Origin: Cycas panzhihuaensis
Taxonomy: Eukaryota > Plantae > Cycadophyta
Direction of reading: 5' to 3'
Assembly (NCBI GenBank): GCA_023213395.1
Contig: CM041465.1
Location: 216,759,741 to 216,823,740 of the forward strand
DNA length: 64,000 bases
A program made the position numbers and the translations under genes. Below the pieces are notes generated by a model, which saw only the letters and a list, made by a program, of their open reading frames with translations, had not been told where the DNA came from and made no database searches. Each line of letters starts with the position of its first letter. Position 1 is the stretch's first letter. Shown piece by piece: positions 1 to 13,400 of the stretch.

Positions 1-531
1 TTTACCAGTTTCTTTTCTATTATTTCTCTGGGTCTCCGCGCGCCCTCCTGGCTCTTCTCTGCGTCCCAGCGTCGGCTTCTTTCGTCCCCAGTTTCTATCT
101 TTTTCAGCGAATTCACCCTAAGTGGCATGAGCAGCTTCAGGTCTTTATCTTTTCATCTTTTTCCATTAGGAAACCCGGCAACGGAACCAATATGTGTGCG
201 CCTCAATCATGCTCAGACAAAATGCAAAGAGAAAGACACACACTTTGGGGTAAATCCATCCAGAATTAATTACTTAAACATGGCATTGCGTCTGGTCCTC
301 TCACAACCAGACGCCTACCAAACAGTACAGAAAGGCTATCTTACACGTGGCAGAATTCTCTTACAAAGATATATAAGCAAACTGAAGTACCCTCCGCACA
401 TTGTGGTTTTCCTTTTTTATACTCTTTTTAGGAACATTACATAACGGTTTTCGAAAAGTAAGTTACTTTCTTAACTGTCATGGAGTGCCGCATTGCTCAG
501 ACGAGACCCATTCCTACCGAATAAGCATTTA

Positions 532-565
532 TGTAGCGAGACTGCACCTGTAGCGAGACTGCACC
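532..565. repeat. 17-bp direct tandem duplication (TGTAGCGAGACTGCACC x2)
   Basis: Two identical adjacent copies at 532-548 and 549-565. Confidence 0.9.
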
Positions 566-597
566 ACAATATGTGATGCAGTAGCGTGTGCACAGCG

Positions 598-702
598 ACT
601 TCGTAGTAGTCTGTAGCAGCTTCGTAGTAGCCTGTAGCAACTCCATAGCAGTCTATAGCAGCTCTGTAGCAACCTGTAGCAGCTCCATAGTAGCCTGTAG
701 CA
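598..702. repeat. 21-bp minisatellite, 5 degenerate units (consensus ~GCTCCGTAGTAGCCTGTAGCA)
   Basis: Units start at 598, 619, 640, 661, 682; explains the repetitive ORFs 529-738(-) and 588-800(+). Confidence 0.9.
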
Positions 703-809
703 GCTCTGGAGTGGTTGTAATGACAAAATCAACCACACAAACTACAGTAATGAATAGAACAAAGAAGACAAAGATGAGACCACCTTTATCAGAGCCCTAG
801 GTATACATA

Positions 810-3800
810 CTTGGAGTAATAAAGATTGGTTCATAAACTCTAATACATCCAATCACATGTCAGGGAGAGGTAATTAGACATTCCAATCATATTTCTTCAA
901 CAAAACAATTGAGCTTGGTGAAACTTTTCCTTTATATATCAAAGGCAAGGGAACAATTACAACCAAAATTAATGATAAAGTCAAAAAACATGGTAATGTG
1001 TTATATGTTCCAGGTTTAAAGAAAAATCTACTATTGGTATCTCAACTACAGAAAAAGAAACTTCATATTAATTTTTACTAAGATGGAAAATATTATATTT
1101 ATGATATGGAGTAAAACAGAGTTGTAATAGTAGAGGGAATAGAGACTAATAACCTTTATAAGTTAGTCTTTACTCTTGTGTTACCTCTTATTGTAAAATC
1201 TTTTGTTGTTAAAAGTCTTATTAATGAAATGTGGCATTCCATGTATGAATATATTACAAATAAGAGTTTAGGATTATTAAAGAAATTAAATATGGTAGAG
1301 AGACTTCCTAACATGTCTTTTAATCCATTTAGCTATAAAAGTTACATACTTGGAAAACTACATAGAATCCCATTTCAAAAAAGTACATGGAGAGCTCAAA
1401 AAAACCTAGAATTAATTTATGCAATTATGTGTGGTCTAATTATACCAAATTTATTAATGGTATTAGACACTTTCTTACTTTTATTGATGACCTTATTAGG
1501 AAAACCTAGGTATATTTCTCTTCAATAAATCAAAAGTGCTAAATATTTTTAAAGAATTTAAACCCTAAGTGGAATTAGAAAGTGAGTGTAAGATTAAAAT
1601 TCTCTATTCAGATGGAGGTGGAGAACATATTTCAAATGATTTCTATTATTTCTATAAACTACATAAAATTCAAAGGCAAATCACTATTCCTTATACTCCT
1701 TAGTCAAATACAATTGTTAAACAAATGAACAAAATAATAATGGAGATGGATCGATGTATGATAATTAACAAAATGGTGTCGAAAGCTTATTGGGTTAATT
1801 ACAACCACATATCTTATAAATAGAAGTCCTACTTAAGTCCCTAATAAGATCACCCCTTTAGAAGTCTAGATGAGAAAAAAAAACTAGATATAAGTCATCT
1901 CAAATTCTTTAGTAGTAAAACTTATGTTCACATTCATAATAAAACAAAGAACAAAGATAGATGATAAGAGTATAGAATACATAATAATTAGATACAATAA
2001 TAAATTTAAATCATATTGACCCTAAAACAAATAAAGTCTATATTAGTAGAAATGTAATGTTTGATAAAAGTGCAACCAAAAGTGATCAAGATACACTTAC
2101 AAAAGGAAAGATTATTCAGAGATAGATTGAAGAGATAAAGAAACAATCACTCTAGAAGAAGAGACCTCTGAGGTAACCACTTTGCAAAGAGATACATCTA
2201 AAGAAGAGATTAAAGAAAAAAATGAGCAAGATATCTTAAGGTAGAGTTTCAAGGAAATGAGTAGGATACCTCTGAAGAAGAATTTTAAGAGGTACATAGT
2301 TCACAAGAAGAAAGGACTACCAATATTCAAAAAAAAAAATATTAAAGTGGTATATAAAGACTATTGAGGAATCAAAAGGTGATGTGGTTGAACATAGAAT
2401 TAAGTTTCAAAAACATCAAGCTTTCATATGTTCAATTAAACCAAAGAATTATATAGAAGCTTGTAGTCATCCAGAATGGCAAAAATCCATCGATACAGAA
2501 ATCAACGTCGTAAATAAAAATAGAACTTAGGGAATTAGTCACTACACCTAAAGATAAACCCATTGTTAGATGCAAATAGGCATACAAAATTTTTAAAAAA
2601 AAAAAAAAAATTGTAATGGTACCATCAAAAAATATAAGGCCAGGATTATAGTAAAAGGGTATACTCAAATTTTAGGAATAGACTATGAAGAGACCTTTTT
2701 TCTAATAGAACAAATAATAACTGTCAAAATAGTTATTGCCATAGGACTTAAATGAAGTATATATGGAGTAGCCTTGCAGATACATAAAGAAAGGTGAAGA
2801 ACATCTTGTATGTAACCTTAAAAAAGCCTTGTATAGACTAAAACAAGCATAAAGAGCTTGGTATACAAAATTGGATTAACATCTTAAATAAGAAGATTTT
2901 GTTAGGTGTGAATCAAATACTAGTCTTTTTATCAAAATAAATAAATGTGTTTTAATCATAATCATAGTAGTATATGTAACTAATATGATATTTACAAGAA
3001 ATGATAATGACATAATTTATTAAGTAAAAACTCAAATAGAAAATGTTTTTGATATGGTAGACGTGGGATTACTTCATTATTATCTTGGTATTAATGTAGA
3101 TCAAAGAGAAAAATCCATCTTTGTGTCACATACAAATAATGTAAAAAATCTCCTTTAAAAAGTTTAGAATAAAGGATTGCAATGGCTGCACTACTCCAAT
3201 GGAAATAGGATGTATATTGACAATTAATGAGGATGGATAAAAGGTTGATAAAACTTTATGTAGACAACTAGTTACTAACCTCATTTATCTAATAATGACC
3301 ATGCCAGACATTTCATACTCAATTAGAATAATTTCTAAGTACATACAAACACTTAGAATTTCTCATTAGAATGCTACTAAGAGGATAGTAAGGTATATCA
3401 AAGGGGCCTTAACACTGGGACTAAGTTATACCAAAGCATAAAACTTTAGGCTCATAAGATATAGCGACTAAGATTGGGTTGGAGATCGATAAGAAAAGAA
3501 GTTTACATTAGAGTATTATTTCAACCTTGGATCAGTTATTATGTCATGAAGTAGTAAGAAATAGCCCATTGTTGCTTTATCTTCAATCGAAGCTGAGTAC
3601 AAAACAGTTGTAAATGCCATATATAAGGTAGTGGAGATAAGACAATTGCTCAAAGACTTAAAATAAGAACACATCTAAGCTATCTCTATCTTCTGTAATA
3701 ATCAAAGTGTTATCAAGTTTACTAAGAATCCTGCATTTCATACCAAAATGAAACATACTAAAGTACATCATCATTTTATTAAAGAAAAAGTACAAGCAAA

Positions 3801-4200
3801 GGAGATAAAGTTGCAATATTGTTCTAGTGAAGGACAACTTATAGACATATTTACAAAACTCTTATTAAAGGATAAATTCTAGTACTTCATAAAGTTGCTT
3901 AGAGTTAAAAATAAAAGATAAAATATTAAGGGAGGGTATTAAAGTTTTAATATTTTAGCTTATAGCAGCCTTTTAACTTAGACCTTTTAAGGGTTATATG
4001 TCTTAACCCCTCTTTAAATCTATCTCAACACTTAACCTACGTGCATAAGCCCATTCATATACAATCTATGTATTTATATAAGAGCATTTCTCTCTCTTAT
4101 TAATGCAAGGAAGATTCTTCTTGTGTTCGTATTATTTTAATAAAGTGTATGTAGTTTGGCATAAAAGTTCCAATGCCATGTATCTTCATATTATTTAATA
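810..4200 (+). mobile_element. Copia-1: 5'-truncated, heavily decayed Ty1/copia LTR retrotransposon (PR-INT-RT-RH, PPT, 3' LTR) inside an ABCB intron
   Basis: Copia domain order with stops and frameshifts: protease relic DWFINSNTSNHMSG (~825; consensus WxxDSGASxHM), NVLYVPGLKKNLL (~995), integrase LELIYAIMCG (~1405), RT LKKALYRLKQA (~2820), RNase H DWVGD (~3470) and KHTKVHHHFIKE (~3750). No gag or 5' LTR visible. Confidence 0.88.
3928..4200 (+). repeat. Copia-1 polypurine tract (3928-3936) and 3' LTR (3937-4200)
   Basis: AAGGGAGGG directly after RNase H, then a 264-bp segment bounded by inverted ends TATTAAA...TTTAATA (decayed TGTTAAA...TTTAACA), with a TATA-like motif (~4073) and AATAAA (~4139). 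Confidence 0.7.
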
Positions 4201-6495
4201 ATCAACTTGACAAAGAAATCTCAAGTGAAATGTGTCGTATTTTTATAATCTCATTGCCACCATTGGAACTAGTGGAGTGCATTATTACTCAAATATAATT
4301 TTTTCCAAGTTTGAATTTATGTGGATGGTAAAAAAAAAAAAAAAAAATCTAAACAACCTTAAACATCCTTACTTTTGTTGGGGTTGAATAGTTCCATATG
4401 GACCTTCATATTCCTTATTCCTTACTAGATCCCTTGCTAATCAGTTTTTTTACTCTCTAGACCCTTGTGTTCATCATCCTTGTATTCATCATAATCCTCT
4501 TTTCTTTTTTCATTATTCTCCTTATGGTGGTTTTTAAAATTCGGGTCTTTGAGGGCTTCTAAAACTTTCTCAATCTTGCCACCCATTATTTTCATTTTTT
4601 CCATTTATGTTTTTCATGTATTTTCCTATGGCTTTTATTTCTTCCTCATATAATTTAAATGTGATATGAATGTTATATTTAGCTTTTGAGTGGTACAACA
4701 TTCTACTTCTCTTTTAATATTTGACTATTATGAATTTTATTAACCTCGAATAGAGCTCCAACCTAACAATCCTTAATTTAAAATAACTTGTATTATAACC
4801 ATGAACCCTTATGTATATAAAGATAATAGAAAAACACTTTCAATAAATCTAGTTAGAAGTGTTTTGGAGACCTAGAGCTTATATAATGAATGGCCTTTTG
4901 AAGTTGACTAAATTTTAAGGTTTTTAAGGGTGATAATAATACTTGTTACTAATTTACGAATAATTTTTTATTTTAATATTCAATCTAATTAAAACTACTT
5001 TTAATAAAAAGTAGACTTTAAAATGCACTTATTTAAAGAAAATTTGAGGTCAATCAGATATCTGTACCCTCTATTATGGTTGGAAAAGTTTGTAGTAATA
5101 AATTTTTTACTGTATAGACAACAATAAATAATAGGATGATTTTAAAACTCTTATAAATTTCATAAATTTACTCCAAAACCTATCATATAACTACTCAAAA
5201 TTTATAGAATGAATCTAATCATCTCAAATTTGTAGTCAATTTTCTTAAATTTGATCATTTACACCTTCAAAATGGCCAATATGTGATCAAACCTTAATTG
5301 GTCAAAATCACACTTTAATGCCACTTATTACCACCCTCTTCCACATAAATAATAAAATAGTAGCCCTATTAAGACAAGAAGACCACCAAAATGCTATTAA
5401 AACAGTCACCATATAACATAGAATAAAAATTGAGATAATTATCTTTGAGCACAAAATAAGTATATATAGTCATCTTAGACCATCCCTAATTTTTCCTCTA
5501 AAATAACAACTTCCTAGTTAAATATTAATTATTATAATTCCTTTATGTTTTGGAACATAACACCAAGATTCATAAATATTCTTAATAGGAGTTCTTTAGT
5601 TTAAAGGTAATGTAACCCATGCGACTACACTTTATTTTTAGTAGCCTAATAATTCCAGTGAAAACAATCTTAATTCAATGGTTGTTAGGAGATCTAAATC
5701 AAATCTTCTCCAAAAAAATAGGAAGTAGGAAGAGCGTTGGCCTTCAACAACTATTGTTTATGAGCTTTTAATCACTGAGTAGTCCAACTTTTGCTAAGGT
5801 AAGAGAAATCTTTTATTAAAAAAAATCATTGATAAAAATTTCTCCATATTTTGTTGCACTCTAAGAAAAAGCTATAACCATGTGGAACCATAACAACACC
5901 TAAAATTTGTCATTAACCACCACTAAGTGAAATGTGGAAGTGCCCTCCATAAGATCACCAAGTACTTCCCACAAAATGATCCTCCCGGGTTTGACAAATG
6001 AGCGTGACGCAACAACCCACTTGGGTTAACATATTAATGAATTTTGTACGTTAAAAGGAATTGAATATGTTTTCTAATTTTAACTCTGTAAATGAACAGA
6101 ATGTATGCACTTAACGAATATATTCATTTCAGACGATAACAATTGATAATGTACATTTGCAATCGAAAGCAAAACTCACGGCATAATCTGAACTGGTGTT
6201 TTTCATCTCTTTTGTTTTGAATTTGCTTTTTATTTAAATAAAAAATAAACCATGGCTAAGCCGGGGATTGGACAACATGCTCGATCGTTCCAGCCCCTTA
6301 GCTTTGACACCAGTTAAACTGCAATTGACAGCCTTATATGGGCTGTGGGTGTAGCATTGCTTGCTATGTGAATATCCAATACCACCCCTGTTCAGGTTTA
6401 ATGTCTTCTTACCAATCTTGTTGCTCCTCGGATAATGTAGCTGCATGCACATTAATTTTTAGAAACTAATAATGTCTTATGGAACTGATTTACAG

Positions 6496-9400
6496 GCGTC
6501 CTATCGCGAAGCTGGTAGCATTGCAGAGCAGGCAATCAGTTCCATACGAACCGTTTTCTCTTTCGTTGCAGAAGACCATTTGGATGCCCGATACTCCGAG
6601 CTACTGAACAAGTCGATTCCCTTTGGATTGAAGATAGGGTTTGCCAAAGGTATAGGAATCGGCATAATTTATCTGGTTTCATACGCCACATGGGCCCTGG
6701 CGTTCTGGTATGGTTCGTTGTTGGTCGCTCGTAAAGATATTACAGGAGGAGCAGCCATTGCGTGTTTCTTTGGAGTAAACGTAGGAGGCAGGTACCACTC
6801 TCATTACCCTTCAAATTGAAACCTTAATGGAGCCTCAGGTGTGTATCGAATCAGCCATCAAATAAAAAATGTATGGAAAGGGATAAATTTGGTTTCTGAG
6901 CTTCAATGTCATAAGTATTCACCTGATACCTGAAATTGAACTTCATTGCCCGCAGGGGACTAGCATTGGCTCTGTCATACTTCGCTCAATTTTCCCAGGG
7001 ATCGATAGCTGCCTACAGAGTGTTCAAAATTATATACCGGACTCCTCTCATTGACGTTAACAACCTAGAGGGCAGATGCATGTCTATTGTGAAAGGGAAG
7101 ATAGATTTCGAGAATGTGCATTTTGCGTATCCAGCTCGGCCTGATATTCCAATCCTTCGATCTCTGAATCTCAAGATCCCCGCTGGTAGAACACTGGCCC
7201 TCGTAGGTGCAAGTGGCAGCGGGAAGTCCACAATTCTGTCCCTACTAGAGAGATTCTACGATCCTGACCAGGGTAAGAATTCACTGCAATTGATCAGGCT
7301 CCCGAGTAGACATTGTAATTCTATATATAGAGAGAGAGACATTCACAAAATATATTATATTGAATATCAGTTGAATCCATGGTGTAATATGTATGGGACA
7401 GGCGCTGTATTTTTGGATGGAGTAGATATCAAAGAACTTCAATTGAAGTGGTTAAGGAAGCAGATAGGAATGGTCGGGCAAGAACCTGTTTTGTTTGCAA
7501 CTTCCATCCTCGACAACATTTTGTATGGGAAAGAAGGTGCCTCTATGAAGGATGTGAGCGCTGCCACTGTGGCTGCAAATGTTGATGGCTTCATTTCAAC
7601 CCTTCCAGACGGGTACAACACCCAGGTTCAACTCCATTAGCCTATTATGATTATGATTACTTCTTTAGCTTCCACTCTGTCCAAAACTGTCTGCGAGACT
7701 GTGCTTATATGTTATGGTCCGTATTCATAAGTGTTATTCTGTAATCTAAGATCTGTAATCAGATTTTCCAGTGGATTTAAAGGTTAATTGTACATGTAAT
7801 ATTCCTGTAATTTAAGATTTTTGCAATCGAACTTCCTAGCGTATTCAATCTGCCTAACTGCATTATAGTTTGTCTGCTTTCTATAGCTGTGATTTGGGTG
7901 AAACTTTTCATACATTTCTGTGCACGGGAAGATTTCAAGTATGCATGACATTCTAATATGACATTATTTGTCTTCGGCTTTTCCTATTTTTGTCTAGTCC
8001 ATTATTCAAGTGCCCGATTTTGTTTTCAGCCAATTGTCGAATTAATTTAATCTGCAGGGGTGTCCCTGTAATGGCAGTTTAACAGTCATTTTTGTTTGCG
8101 TTCTAATGATCAGGTTGGGGAACGAGGGCTGCAACTCTCAGGAGGGCAAAAGCAGAGGATTGCCATTGCACGGGCCATTCTTAAAAATCCCAAAATACTT
8201 TTGCTCGACGAGGCAACAAGTGCTTTGGATTCCGAGTCCGAAACCATAGTGCAGGAAGCCATAGATCGCGTGTCCCTTGGCCGGACTACCGTAGTGATTG
8301 CTCACCGTTTATCGACCATCAGAAATGCCGATTCCATCGCAGTAATGGAGCAGGGAGTGGTTGTGGAGATTGGAACCCACGACCAACTCATGGCCAGAGA
8401 AGGTGCCTACTTCTCTCTGGTAAACATGACATCCGAGAAACCCCACGAAGACCACGCCAAGCAGGCCCTGACTCCTCAGATGCTGACTCCCACTGCCGAG
8501 ATTTCCATGTATTCCGATGCACGCGAATTCTCCAAAACGCATAACCGAAACCCAGAATCCGGGCAGCAGTTCGAAGACTCGAAACCCAAACCAGTTCCGC
8601 TATCAAAGATCCTGAAGCTGCAGAGACCGGAATACCTCATGCTACTTCTTGGAACATTCAATGGCATGCATGCAGGCGCCATACTGTCCGTTTTCCCACT
8701 GATATTAGGACAGGCATTACAGCTCTATTTCGACAAGGACACAAAAAAGATGAGGAGGGAGGTCAATTATCTATGCCTGGCTCTGCTATCTCTGGGAGTG
8801 GGCTGCATCATTTCCATGACAGGGCAGCACGGATTCTGCAACTGGGCGGGGATCAAATTAACCAGAAGAGTAAGACAAAAATTGTTCCGCTCGATGCTGA
8901 AGCAGGAGGTCGGATGGTTTGATCAGGAGCAGAACGCGAGCGGAGTCCTCATCACACGCCTGTCTTCAGATTCCACCAACGTCAGAGCAGTCCTGGGAGA
9001 CCGATTCTCCGTCCTTCTCATGGGTTTGACTTCAGTTGCAGCGGGCCTGATCATCTGTGCCGTTCTGGAATGGAGACTGACACTGGTAGCCGTAGGGCTA
9101 ACTCCATTTTTCTTAGGGGCAAGCTATTTTAGCCTGATTGTGGCGGTGGGATCCAGAGGAGCCAGCAATGCTTATGCCAAGGCCAGCACCATCGCTGCTG
9201 GGGCCGTTTCCAATGTCCGGACCGTGGCCTCGTTCTCTGCGCAGGAAAAGCTGGTATCGGCATTCAGTCTATCACTCTCCGAGCCTTACAGGCGCGCCCT
9301 GAAACGCTCTCAGATCATGGGCACAGGCCTGGGATTATCTCAGGGAGCCATGTACGGGGCTTACACGCTCACCCTCTGGTATGGATGCATACTGGTTCAC

Positions 9401-10453
9401 CAAGACAAGGCAAATTTTGGGGAAGTGTTCAAGATTTTCCTCATCGTAGTTCTGAGTTCCTTCTCTGTAGGGCAACTGGCCGGCATGGCTCCCGATACAT
9501 CCAAGGCAGCCGTTTCGATTCCGTCTGTGTTCCATATAATCGATCGCAAGCCCCAGATTGAAACGGACAGACAGCAGGGAAGAAAATTGGCGAATGTGGA
9601 TGGAGATATAGAGATCAAGCACGTCACATTTGCATATCCCTCCCGTCCAGCAATACCCGTGCTGGCAGATTTTAGCCTGAAGATCAAGGCAGGAACCATG
9701 ACGGCCCTCGTAGGGCCCAGCGGGTGTGGGAAATCCACCGTTCTGTGGCTGTTACAGAGATTCTACGATCCCACTCGCGGCAAGATTTCACTCTGCGGAA
9801 TCGACATCAGGGACCTCCATCTGAAGTGGCTCCGCAAGCAAATGGCGTTGGTAAACCAGGAACCTGCGCTTTTCGCAGGATCCATCGGAGACAACATAGC
9901 TTTTGGGAGTCCGGGGGCTACGAGGTCGGAGATTGAGGAAGCTGCGAGAACTGCATATATTCATGAATTCCTTAGCACTTTGCCTCGGGGCTACGACACG
10001 CAGGTGAAATACTGAAATTTAATTAATCCATCCGGTTACTTCTCGTGCATTTCGCCCGACATGATATAATAATGTATTGCGCACTGTATACTTGATTTAT
10101 TGCAGGTGGGCGAGGGTGGAGTTCAGTTATCGGGAGGTCAAAAGCAAAGAATCGCCATAGCGAGAGCAATTCTGAAGCGTTCGAAAATCCTTCTGCTGGA
10201 CGAAGCGAGCAGTGCATTGGACGTTGAGTCTGAGCAGAAAGTTCAGGAGGCAATCAACAGAATCGCAGTGAAGACGACGACCGTTATCGTAGCTCATAGA
10301 CTTTCGACCATTCGAGAGGCCGATCGCATTGCAGTCGTTGAGAATGGGAGTGTCGTGGAGTTGGGAAACCATGGACAGCTCATGACCTCCAACCCCGATG
10401 GAATTTATGCCAATCTGGTTCGAACTGAGATGGAAGCAGGAGCACTTTCGTAG
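6496..10453 (+). CDS. ABCB: ABC transporter subfamily B (full-size P-glycoprotein/MDR type), 3' part: exons 6496-6791, 6956-7272, 7402-7625, 8114-10003, 10106-10453; 5' exons lie upstream of the window
   Basis: GT-AG introns join in frame (phases 2,1,0,0) to give end of TMD1, NBD1 (Walker [11 protein letters not shown]-loop VGQEP, signature LSGGQKQR, Walker [14 protein letters not shown]-loop IAHRLSTI), TMD2 and NBD2 ([36 protein letters not shown]), ending at TAG 10451-10453. No internal stops. Confidence 0.96.
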
Positions 10454-13400
10454 AACCAACCTCCTTTTTGTTTTTTTCTGTTTCAGGTTCAGGTTGTTGA
10501 AGGCGAATCACTCTGCCATTGTTTGAAGGCCCAAGGTTTTGGAGTGCATCGATAGGTTTGCCCTTAAAAAATTTTATAGAAATCTTGTAAGATGATCTTT
10601 AGTTATAGGTGATCGACTTCCAAAACTTCGATGCTCTAGTTTTTTTTTTTCAATATTTTGCATGTTAAACGTTATGAGAGTGGTTTATTAAATAAAAAAT
10701 ATTTTAATTTTTTAAATTAATTTAATTTATAATTATAAAATTATTATAGTTAAAACAATTTTCAAATATTAACAAATTTGTATAGTTTTGATATTATATT
10801 AGAAATTGAGATCATGGTAAAATTATTAATAAATATATGAATGTAAACAAATAAAATGATGAGACATAAATTTATAATAAAAATTTTAAGAAGAAAAATT
10901 TTATTCTCTAAAGTATTAATTTATAAATTAATAAATTTAATCATAATTTATAATTTTTTGCAGCTCTTTTTTCTTTAATCTTTTGGGATCTTAAGCTTTC
11001 ATCTCTCTATTTAATATCATTTTATAGAGTTTCTATCATATACTGGATCTATGAGATATAACCACCTAATTAACCAATCATATAAAGTAATATTAAATTA
11101 ACATTTTTTAATATTCTTCTTAATATTGACTTATGATAAATTTTAAAAAAATAAGAATGAAAAGATATTATTATTATAAATTCCCTTGATCATAGTCTCG
11201 GAATATATAATGTATATGAATAGAAGTTTAACATATTTGAATTTGATTCAATCATAAATGCTTTACTTGAACTTATTGATGTTCATATAAAAAAATAAGC
11301 ATCTACTAAATGGCATAGGTAATTAATCATTGTAATTATTAATGTACTAGGATACTTTTCACATACATGTATTTATCAACACCTAAATTGTGCTTCTCTT
11401 TCTAGACATTTAGGAACAAGTTGAACTACTTAGCTAGACAATATGCAAGTAGGTACTAATTATATCTTAACTAGATACAACCCAATATATGCTTATTGTA
11501 ATGCATAAGAATGAAGTTGTCACCTTTAAAATGGAATTCACAATCACAACAATCTGAATTTAACAACCAATAATTGCTAAACAATAAAAAGCATATAACT
11601 AAAAAATAAATCATATTTCTCCATCAATGTGAACCTTGAAATGTACTAAAAGTTCATAAAAATAAGATAATATGTCAATCTCTAAAGTCTAAAAGGATAG
11701 AAAATTGAAATCTAATTAGATAAATGTGTAAAGTTTAAGAAATATGGTCTATATCAAAAAAAGAATTTTTGAAATTGGATATCATATGACTAAGATTTAA
11801 TAGCTTGAAGAATAAGTAGGAAATGATCAATAATGGTTGTTTTTAGTAAAGTGCAAAATAGATTTGAATTTTCCTTGCCAAATCAAAACCCAATAATACC
11901 TTATAACTACTCATTTTGAATGTGTTTGAATCAAGATTCTAATAAAATTGGCAAAATGGAAATCAAAGTTTTTTGTAAGAAGTTATGTTGAAAAGAGTCT
12001 AAGTAGGTATAAAAAAACTTAAATTTGATGATTTAAAAATAACCACCAGATGTTAGATCCCTATCCAAAATATAAGTAAAAATAACCACTTAATGACCTT
12101 AAGTATACACAAAAAAACTTATGTATTTTGGACCACAAAATATATAGCCAAAAAATAATTAGTATGTCAAAATCTATTACATCCACAATTCAAACCAACT
12201 TGAGTTTTTTATTATATGGTACATGTTATGAGCTATTTACTCATGCTCATCTTAAAGCTTATCTTTAGCAATAGTAGGTGTTGTATATATGTTGAAGAAC
12301 CTCTTTGGTATGTTTTTTTTTCTTTGTGTAATATATTAGATGGTTTAATAAAAAAATATCACAAAAGCAAAGAGCCATTAAAAATCATAATAAAGACTAC
12401 AACATTTCAACGCAAAGTAACTAGGACGTACATCCAATGTTCATTATTATTCTGACCTACCTTTAATGTTATATGCCTAAATGATAATATTAATAATGTT
12501 AAAATTTTATTGAAAGGAATGGTTATTTAAATAAGGCGCTTATAATGTATATAAATATACATGACACTCTGTAAACATTCATCATTCATTTACATTCAAT
12601 ATGTTTGTCTTCGAACTATTGAATACTTTAATTTATTAAAGCTTAACCCTCTTAAATTAGCAAAAGTGCACTATTAATTAACATTGTAACTATTTATGTT
12701 TATAACAAGTGATATGAAAGCACAAATTTACATATATGGAAGGAATAAATAAACAAATAAAAAGAAAAGGAATTTTTAAAATTAAAAGAGCTTAAAAGCG
12801 TAACTAGATCTTCACATATATAAAATATTATATATTTCGCAATAATTCTTACACTTCTTTAGTTGTCATCTTACTGCTCTGCACTATTCATTATTATTTC
12901 AATTAGTAAAATCTCAATCAAATTTAAGTCTCTAACATTACAACCAGAATCCATCATTCATCGTTTTTATATGTTCAAAATATTGGTAGAATAAGTAAAG
13001 CATTGTTTATGCCACTATCAATTCATAGCCATAATAATGTTAAATCAAATCAAACAAATAATAATAATAAGAGAAATAAAATTAATTAAAGTTGTAATTA
13101 GACCACCCACTGTTCTCATGCATCCACACCAAAATTTTAACCTATCGCAATTTGGAGGAAAAAAAAAAACATAATCTCATATAATACCTTTTAGTGCTAT
13201 ACTTTAAAAAGGCATAAATTTATTTTACCTCCCACAAATTAGAGAATAATTAAAGATATCTTATATCATTACCTACACCTATGCATTTGGAGTTGCATTA
13301 TTGTAGTAAAAGCAAGGAGTGCCAATAATTCAAGAATTAATAAGAGATAGTAAAATAATATAAATAAAATAAAAATTAACAAATAAAAAATACCATAATC

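Noticed and set aside
529-800. Repetitive small proteins (SCYRLL / VVACSSS) or a CRISPR-like array
   Set aside because: Products of a 21-bp tandem repeat with no unique spacers; eukaryotic context.
5611-6031. Possible solo LTR (TGTAACCCA...TGGGTTAACA)
   Set aside because: Termini are suggestive, but flanks (GGTAA / TATTA) give no TSD and there is no second copy in the window.
7013-10459. Minus-strand and alternative-frame ORFs overlapping ABCB
   Set aside because: Shadow ORFs of GC-rich coding exons.
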